From the NCBI GenBank assembly GCA_036262095.1, contig DATAJQ010000238.1:4304-68303 (forward strand): 64,000 bases of DNA, read 5' to 3'. A program made the translations under genes and the position numbers. Below the pieces are notes generated by a model. It was not told the DNA's origin. It did no database searches and saw nothing but the letters and a program-made list of their open reading frames with translations. The stretch's first letter is position 1. Each line of letters begins with the position of its first letter. This document shows, in pieces, positions 57,401 to 64,000 of the stretch. The stretch comes from Chitinophagaceae bacterium (lineage in GTDB: Bacteria > Bacteroidota > Bacteroidia > Chitinophagales > Chitinophagaceae).

Positions 57401-60400
57401 TTATTCTTCTTCGTCGAAGGTCATCGCCTCACGGGTCGTTTGCAGCAGTTCATACTCTTCTTTGCTGCCCACGATCATATTCTCAAACTCACGCAAACCT
57501 GTACCTGCAGGGATCGGGTGACCAGTGATCACATTCTCTTTCAGGCCGAGCATATCATCCGTTTTACCGTGAATAGCGGCAGAAGACAATACTTTCGTTG
57601 TTTCCTGGAAGGAAGCTGCAGATATCCAGCTTTGTACACCCAGCGAAGCCTTGGTGATACCGAGAAGCGTAGGCGCTGATGTAGCGGGTTTCGCATCGCG
57701 GTATTCAACCAGTTTCTTATCTGAGCGGCGCAGGATAGAGTTCTCTTCGCGCACATCACGCAGGCTTACGATCTGTCCTGCACGCAGCTTGGTAGATTCT
57801 CCGGCCTCTGTAACCACTTTCTTATCGAATACATAATCATTCTCTTCAACGAATTCAAATTTATCTACTGAATCGTCTTCGAGGAACTTAGTATCGCCCG
57901 GATCAACAATGTTCACTTTGCGCATCATCTGGCGTACAATCACTTCAATGTGCTTGTCATTGATCTTCACACCTTGCAAACGATACACTTCCTGGATCTC
58001 ATTCACTACATACTGTTGTACGGCGAACGGCCCCTGGATGGAAAGAATATCCTGCGGAGAGATCTGGCCATCAGACAATGGAGAGCCTGCTTTCACGAAA
58101 TCACCATCCTGAGCCAGGATCTGACGTGTCAGCGGCACCAGGTATTTCTTGGTCACACCATCTTTCGCTTCAATCACGATCTCACGGTTACCACGCTTGA
58201 TAGCACCCATTGATACCACTCCGTCAATCTCAGAAACCACAGCAGGATTGCTTGGGTTTCTTGCCTCGAACAACTCTGTTACACGGGGCAGACCACCGGT
58301 GATATCACGCAGTTTACCAAGCACACGTGGGATCTTCACTAACACCTGTCCGGCTTTCACATCATCTCCTTCATCAAGCATGATATGGCTACCTGTAGGC
58401 AGGTTGTATGATTTGAGCTCTTTTCCTTCTACCACGATAGAAGGGATCTTTGTTTTATCACGGGTTTCAATAACCACTTTCTCACGGTGACCGGTTTGCT
58501 CATCCGCTTCTTCACGGTAGGTAACACCCTCGATCACGTTTTCAAATTTCAGCACACCATTGATCTCCGCAACGATTACGTTGTTGAACGGATCCCATGT
58601 ACAGATCACATCTCCCTTGCTCACCTTCTGGCCATCTTTCACCATCAATGTAGAACCATAAGGAATGTTATTCGTGATCAGCAGACGGTCATTCTTCGTA
58701 TCGATGATACGAACCTCACCAGTACGGCCGATTACGATCTGTACCTTATCACCTTCGTTATTTTCTGTTGTAACAGTACGCAGACCATCGAATTGGATAG
58801 TACCGTCAAACTTAGCTGTCAATGTAGAATCAACAGAAGCAGAACCAGCCACACCACCCACGTGGAAGGTACGAAGTGTAAGCTGTGTACCAGGCTCACC
58901 GATCGACTGTGCAGCGATGATGCCTACTGCATCACCTCTTTGTGCCAGTATACCGGAAGCCAGGTTCTTACCATAACACTTCACGCAGCATCCGCGTTTG
59001 CTTTCGCAGGTCAGCACGGAACGGATCTCTACAGTTTCAATACCTGCTTCTTCAATCCTCTTGGCAAGGGTTTCAGATATTTCCTCACCTGCAGCGATGA
59101 TCAGCTCTTCTGTTGTAGGATTATAGATATCATGCAAAGAAGTACGTCCCATGATACGGTCTGACAATGGCTCGATAATGTCCTCATTATCTTTCAATGC
59201 AGATGTCGCAATACCACGCAGCGTGCCGCAATCTTCTTCAGTGATCACCACGTCCTGTGCTACGTCAACCAGACGGCGGGTAAGGTAACCGGCATCCGCT
59301 GTTTTAAGAGCGGTATCCGCAAGACCTTTACGCGCACCGTGCGTAGAAATGAAGTAGTCCAATACGTTCAGACCTCCTTTGAAGTTGGAGAGGATCGGGT
59401 TCTCAATGATCTCAGATCCTGTAGAACCTGATTTTCTTGGTTTCGCCATCAGACCTCTGATACCAGCCAACTGTTTGATCTGTTGTTTAGAACCACGGGC
59501 ACCGGAATCAAGCATCATGTATACGGAGTTGAAACCTTGCTTATCGCTGCTCAACTCGCGGATCAATGTTTCTGTGATGCGGGTATCCACACGGCTCCAG
59601 ATGTCAACGATCTGGTTGTAACGCTCGTTGTTGGTGATCAGACCCATGTTATAGTTGTCCCATACTTCTTCCACTTCATTCTTCGCATTCTCCAGCAATT
59701 CTTCTTTAACATCGGGAATGATCAGGTCATTGATGTTGAACGACAGACCACCCTGGAAGGCTGTACGGAAACCAAGTTGTTTGATATCATCCAGGAACTT
59801 CGCTGTTTTCGGAACGTTGGTGATCTCGATGATGTCACCGATGATATCACGCAGGTTCTTTTTAGTCAGCAATGCATTCACGAAGCCAACTTCAGCAGGT
59901 ACGTGCTGGTTGAAGATCACACGCCCTACAGTTGTTTCGATCAGCTTATGTTCCAGCAAACCATCAGCATTGCGGATATTGGCTTTCACCTTGATCCATG
60001 CATGCAGGTCCACTTTTCCTTCGTTGTATGCAATGATCACTTCTTCGGAAGAATAGAAGGCTTTTCCTTCTCCCCTGATAGTCTCATTCGCATTTGTTTT
60101 CTTACCCTTGGTGATATAGTACAGACCGAGTACCATGTCCTGTGAAGGCAGGGTGATCGGCGTACCGTTCTGCGGGTTAAGAATGTTGTGTGATGCCAGC
60201 ATCAGCAATTGCGCCTCAAGGATCGCAGCATTGCTCAGTGGCACGTGCACCGCCATCTGGTCACCGTCAAAGTCGGCGTTGAACGCGGTAGTAACCAGCG
60301 GGTGCAGTTGGATCGCTTTACCTTCGATCAGCTTAGGCTGGAAAGCCTGGATGGAAAGACGGTGCAGCGTCGGGGCACGGTTGAGAAGGATCGGGTGACC

Positions 60401-61693
60401 CTTCAGTATATTTTCAAGGATATCCCAAACCACCGATTCTTTTTTATCTACCAGTTTCCTTGCAGACTTAACGGTTTTAACGATACCTCTTTCAATCAGT
60501 TTGCGGATGATAAACGGCTTGAACAGCTCGGCAGCCATATCTTTTGGCAGACCGCACTCATGCAGTTTCATCTCAGGACCTACCACGATTACAGAACGGC
60601 CGGAGTAGTCAACACGTTTACCCAGCAGGTTCTGACGGAAACGTCCCTGTTTGCCTTTCAATACATCTGACAGTGATTTCAATGCACGTCCGCCTTCTGC
60701 TTTAACGGCATTTGATTTACGGCTGTTGTCGAACAAGCTGTCGATCGCTTCCTGCAGCATACGTTTTTCGTTACGCAGGATTACCTCAGGCGCTTTGATC
60801 TCCAGCAAGCGTTTCAAACGGTTGTTGCGGATGATCACACGGCGATAGAGGTCATTCAGATCAGAAGAAGCAAAACGGCCGCCATCCAGGGGAACAAGCG
60901 GACGCAGTTCCGGTGGGATAACGGGGATATATTGCATCACCATCCATTCAGGACGGTTAGTGATCCTTGTATTGGCATCACGGAAAGCTTCCACCACACT
61001 CAGGCGTTTCAGGGCATCAGCTTTACGTTGCTGTGATGTTTCTGTAGCAGCAGCATTGCGCAGGTCGAAAGAAAGCTGGTCCAGGTCAATGCGTTGCAGC
61101 ATATCATGTACCGCTTCAGCACCCATCTTCGCGATGAACTTGTTAGGATCATCATCAGGAAGATACTGGTTGTCTTTAGGCAATGCATCCAGGATATCGA
61201 GGTACTCTTCTTCAGTGAGCAGGTCACCAACATTCTGGCCTTTATCCGCACGGATACCAGACTGGATCACCACGAACCTTTCATAATATACGATCGTTTC
61301 GAGCTTCTTGGAGCTAACGCCCAGCAGGTAGCCGATCTTATTAGGCAATGATTTGAAATACCAGATGTGAACAACAGGCACCACCAGTTTGATGTGCCCC
61401 ATTCTTTCACGGCGAACTTTCTTTTCCGTTACTTCCACACCACAACGGTCGCACACAATGCCTTTGTAACGGATACGCTTGTACTTTCCGCAAGCGCACT
61501 CATAATCTTTTACTGGTCCAAAGATCCTTTCACAGAATAAACCATCACGCTCCGGTTTGTAAGTCCGGTAGTTAATCGTTTCGGGCTTCAGCACCTCACC
61601 ATAACTTCTTTCCAGGATGGTATCCGGAGAAGCCAGACCGATAGTGATCTTGGAGAAAGCTGGCCGGGGACGATTGTCTTTTTTGATAGCCAT
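57401..61693 (-). CDS. rpoC: DNA-directed RNA polymerase beta' subunit
   Basis: 1430 aa, with [14 protein letters not shown] (catalytic Mg site) and the zinc-binding CACGKY...CDRCGVEV. Confidence 0.98.
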   Translation of the reverse strand: MAIKKDNRPRPAFSKITIGLASPDTILERSYGEVLKPETINYRTYKPERDGLFCERIFGPVKDYECACGKYKRIRYKGIVCDRCGVEVTEKKVRRERMGHIKLVVPVVHIWYFKSLPNKIGYLLGVSSKKLETIVYYERFVVIQSGIRADKGQNVGDLLTEEEYLDILDALPKDNQYLPDDDPNKFIAKMGAEAVHDMLQRIDLDQLSFDLRNAAATETSQQRKADALKRLSVVEAFRDANTRITNRPEWMVMQYIPVIPPELRPLVPLDGGRFASSDLNDLYRRVIIRNNRLKRLLEIKAPEVILRNEKRMLQEAIDSLFDNSRKSNAVKAEGGRALKSLSDVLKGKQGRFRQNLLGKRVDYSGRSVIVVGPEMKLHECGLPKDMAAELFKPFIIRKLIERGIVKTVKSARKLVDKKESVVWDILENILKGHPILLNRAPTLHRLSIQAFQPKLIEGKAIQLHPLVTTAFNADFDGDQMAVHVPLSNAAILEAQLLMLASHNILNPQNGTPITLPSQDMVLGLYYITKGKKTNANETIRGEGKAFYSSEEVIIAYNEGKVDLHAWIKVKANIRNADGLLEHKLIETTVGRVIFNQHVPAEVGFVNALLTKKNLRDIIGDIIEITNVPKTAKFLDDIKQLGFRTAFQGGLSFNINDLIIPDVKEELLENAKNEVEEVWDNYNMGLITNNERYNQIVDIWSRVDTRITETLIRELSSDKQGFNSVYMMLDSGARGSKQQIKQLAGIRGLMAKPRKSGSTGSEIIENPILSNFKGGLNVLDYFISTHGARKGLADTALKTADAGYLTRRLVDVAQDVVITEEDCGTLRGIATSALKDNEDIIEPLSDRIMGRTSLHDIYNPTTEELIIAAGEEISETLAKRIEEAGIETVEIRSVLTCESKRGCCVKCYGKNLASGILAQRGDAVGIIAAQSIGEPGTQLTLRTFHVGGVAGSASVDSTLTAKFDGTIQFDGLRTVTTENNEGDKVQIVIGRTGEVRIIDTKNDRLLITNNIPYGSTLMVKDGQKVSKGDVICTWDPFNNVIVAEINGVLKFENVIEGVTYREEADEQTGHREKVVIETRDKTKIPSIVVEGKELKSYNLPTGSHIMLDEGDDVKAGQVLVKIPRVLGKLRDITGGLPRVTELFEARNPSNPAVVSEIDGVVSMGAIKRGNREIVIEAKDGVTKKYLVPLTRQILAQDGDFVKAGSPLSDGQISPQDILSIQGPFAVQQYVVNEIQEVYRLQGVKINDKHIEVIVRQMMRKVNIVDPGDTKFLEDDSVDKFEFVEENDYVFDKKVVTEAGESTKLRAGQIVSLRDVREENSILRRSDKKLVEYRDAKPATSAPTLLGITKASLGVQSWISAASFQETTKVLSSAAIHGKTDDMLGLKENVITGHPIPAGTGLREFENMIVGSKEEYELLQTTREAMTFDEEE

Positions 61694-61741
61694 ATGTATT
61701 TTAATAGATTGTTAGTTGTTAATACTTTGAATTAGAAAGTC

Positions 61742-61803
61742 AAAATTCAAAAGTAAAAAGTCAAAATGCATTCGCGGTTTTTGAGTTTTTACTTTTGAAT
61801 TTT
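61742..61803 (-). other. AT-rich 25-bp hairpin in the rpoB-rpoC intergenic spacer
   Basis: Arms 61742-61766 and 61779-61803 are complementary with one mismatch; the loop is 12 nt (tgcattcgcggt). Confidence 0.7.
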
Positions 61804-61809
61804 TAATTC

Positions 61810-64000
61810 TTATTCAAACTTCAGATCCAGACCAAGGCCTCTCAGCTCATGCACCAATACGTTGAACGATTCAGGGATGCCCGCTCTTGGAACGTTATCA
61901 CCTTTCACGATCGATTCGTATGTTTTAGCACGGCCGATGATATCATCAGATTTGATAGTGAGCAATTCCTGCAGGATGTTGGATGCACCATAAGCTTCCA
62001 GTGCCCAAACCTCCATCTCACCAAAACGCTGACCACCGAACTGAGCTTTACCACCCAGCGGCTGCTGTGTGATCAAACTGTATGGCCCGATAGAACGTGC
62101 GTGCATCTTATCATCCACCATGTGGTGCAGCTTAATGATATAGATGATACCCACGGTTGCTTTCTGGTGGAAACGTTCTCCTGTTTCACCATCATACAGG
62201 TAAGTGTGACCGAATTTCGGGATACCTGCATCTGCACAATATTTCTCGATCTCTTCAGTGGTAGCACCATCGAAGATCGGAGTGGCGAACTTCAGCCCCA
62301 GCTTCTGACCAGCCCAACCCAGTACAGTTTCATAGATCTGTCCGAGGTTCATACGGGAAGGTACACCCAGCGGGTTCAACACCACATCCACCGGAGTTCC
62401 ATCCTCAAGGAATGGCATGTCTTCCTGGCGAACGATCTTGGCAACGATACCTTTATTACCGTGACGGCCCGCCATTTTATCACCTACTTTCAGCTTACGC
62501 TTAACAGCCAGGTAAACTTTCGCCAGTTTCAATACACCGGCAGGCAGTTCATCACCGATAGAGATATTGAACTTCTCGCGTTTGTAACGTCCGAGTTCTT
62601 CGTTGTACTTGATGTTGTAGTTGTGCAGCAGGATATTGATCTGATCGTCCACTTTCTTATCACCGGTCCAGCCCAGCGGATTGATGTTGGCATAATCCAG
62701 GCCAGTCAGGTTTTTTGCAGTGAACTTCGCGCCTTTACCGATCTGCACTTCGCCAAAGTTGTTGCTTACACCTGCTGATACATGTTCTCTCAGCAGTGTA
62801 GTGAGTTTTTCCAGCAACACTTCCATGAGGTCCGCTTCATTCTTTTCATGCACTTTCTCCAGTTTCTCGATAGCGGCTTTCTCACGCACTTTCGCATTTT
62901 TATCTTTCTTCGCGCGTTGGAACAATTTCTTGCCGATCACGATACCTTCCACACCGTTCGGTGCTTTCAGAGAAGCGTCTTTTGCATCACCGGCTTTATC
63001 ACCGAAGATGGCGCGGAGCAGCTTCTCTTCCGGAGTAGGATCGCTTTCGCCTTTAGGTGTGATCTTACCGATCAGGATATCACCTTCCTTGATATTGGCA
63101 CCGATACGGATGATACCGTTCTCGTCCAGATCTTTGGTCGCTTCTTCAGAAACGTTAGGGATATCCGGAGTCAGCTCTTCTTCACCCAGTTTTGTATCGC
63201 GTACTTCCAGTTCATATTCAGAGATGTGAACAGAAGTAAACATATCTTCTTTTACCACCCTTTCGCTGATCACGATAGCATCCTCGAAGTTGTAACCTTT
63301 CCATGGCATGAACGCCACTTTCAGGTTTTTACCAAGAGCAAGCTCACCGTTCTGTGTAGCGTAACCTTCAGTCAAGAAATCACCTTTCTTCACTTTCTGG
63401 CCTTTCTTCACAGCAGGCTTCAGGTTGATACAGGTTTCCTGGTTGGTCTTGATGAATTTGGTGAGCCGGTAAACACGAAGGTCTTCTTCAAAGCTTACCA
63501 GTTTCTCTGCTTCATCGCGCTCGTAACGGACATGGATCTCGTTTGCATCAACAAACTCAACCACACCAGTTCCTTCAGAGTGGATCTGGATACGTGCATC
63601 GCGGGCAGCTTTTCCTTCGAGACCGGTACCTACTACAGGTACGTCAGGACGGATCAGCGGAACAGCCTGGCGTTGCATGTTTGATCCCATCAGCGCACGG
63701 TTGGCATCATCATGCTCCAGGAAGGGGATCAGGGAAGCGCTCAAACCTACGATCTGGTTGGGAGCAACGTCCATGAATTCCACTTCATTTTTATCAAGGA
63801 TCGGGAAGTCGCCTGTTTCGCGGCTTACCACCTTTTCTTCAACGAAATTCCCTTTTTCATCCAGCGGAGTATTGGCCTGGGCGATTTTTGCCAGGTCTTC
63901 TTCCTCTGCACTCAGGAATTCCAATTCTTTCATATTCACTTTACCACCTTCCACTTTACGGTATGGGGTTTCGATAAAGCCCATATCGTTGATCTTCGCG
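61810..64000 (-). CDS. rpoB: DNA-directed RNA polymerase beta subunit; the N-terminal part lies beyond the right window edge
   Basis: [22 protein letters not shown] and [10 protein letters not shown]. The reading frame stays open upstream of the track's internal Met at 63984, through position 64000. Confidence 0.97.
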   Translation of the reverse strand, partial: AKINDMGFIETPYRKVEGGKVNMKELEFLSAEEEDLAKIAQANTPLDEKGNFVEEKVVSRETGDFPILDKNEVEFMDVAPNQIVGLSASLIPFLEHDDANRALMGSNMQRQAVPLIRPDVPVVGTGLEGKAARDARIQIHSEGTGVVEFVDANEIHVRYERDEAEKLVSFEEDLRVYRLTKFIKTNQETCINLKPAVKKGQKVKKGDFLTEGYATQNGELALGKNLKVAFMPWKGYNFEDAIVISERVVKEDMFTSVHISEYELEVRDTKLGEEELTPDIPNVSEEATKDLDENGIIRIGANIKEGDILIGKITPKGESDPTPEEKLLRAIFGDKAGDAKDASLKAPNGVEGIVIGKKLFQRAKKDKNAKVREKAAIEKLEKVHEKNEADLMEVLLEKLTTLLREHVSAGVSNNFGEVQIGKGAKFTAKNLTGLDYANINPLGWTGDKKVDDQINILLHNYNIKYNEELGRYKREKFNISIGDELPAGVLKLAKVYLAVKRKLKVGDKMAGRHGNKGIVAKIVRQEDMPFLEDGTPVDVVLNPLGVPSRMNLGQIYETVLGWAGQKLGLKFATPIFDGATTEEIEKYCADAGIPKFGHTYLYDGETGERFHQKATVGIIYIIKLHHMVDDKMHARSIGPYSLITQQPLGGKAQFGGQRFGEMEVWALEAYGASNILQELLTIKSDDIIGRAKTYESIVKGDNVPRAGIPESFNVLVHELRGLGLDLKFE

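Noticed and set aside
57909-63776. Long + strand ORFs of up to 309 aa that tile the rpoC and rpoB regions (for example 61849..62778 and 62782..63684).
   Set aside because: They lie antisense to two of the most conserved genes known. Their His/Phe/Leu/Thr/Cys-rich translations look like a codon-bias artefact (few antisense stop codons), not like proteins.
1-64000. A search for CRISPR arrays, rRNA genes, intact IS elements or transposases, and prophage blocks.
   Set aside because: I saw no regularly spaced repeat array, no rRNA-like sequence and no transposase- or phage-structural-like ORF. The only recombinase signal is the 101-aa fragment at 9857..10162.

Overview
This 64-kb window looks like chromosomal DNA from a Bacteroidota bacterium, probably Chitinophagaceae or Sphingobacteriia-like. 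The clues are a T9SS C-terminal sorting domain, a GLPGLI-family protein, TPR-type HisKA_3 kinases, TAnnTTTG -7 boxes and no Shine-Dalgarno signals. Most of it is housekeeping: clpC (partial), rnz, dapA, accA, tRNA-Asp, xfp-ackA, gluQ, ispD, and rpoC plus rpoB (partial). These are mixed with envelope and stress genes: a GH31 enzyme, an L,D-transpeptidase-like protein, a sugar transferase, an M1 peptidase, cls, mgtC, and CSD and RRM proteins. The best candidate for something undescribed lies next to tRNA-Asp. A module at about 10.2-17.6 kb holds a TPR sensor kinase and a LuxR-type regulator, transcribed divergently from a tight three-gene operon of signal-peptide proteins in which I recognise no family. 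The first of these (757 aa) has TPR-like repeats, a coiled coil, a Cys-rich segment and a Gly-rich C-terminal tail with alternating polarity. The module sits between two apparent gene remnants, an integrase-like C-terminal fragment and a DUF6377-like N-terminal fragment, and a perfect 13-bp direct repeat lies in its divergent promoter region. Other observations: a 28-29 bp-stem palindromic element present twice in opposite orientation with a compensatory substitution; a translationally coupled rhodanese/TPMT-like methyltransferase pair; a TlpA-TIGR03435 fusion; a cluster of RNA-chaperone-like small genes; and a 25-bp hairpin between rpoB and rpoC. I saw no CRISPR array, rRNA or intact mobile element. 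All functional calls rest on motifs I recognise by eye in the translations. No database search was run.
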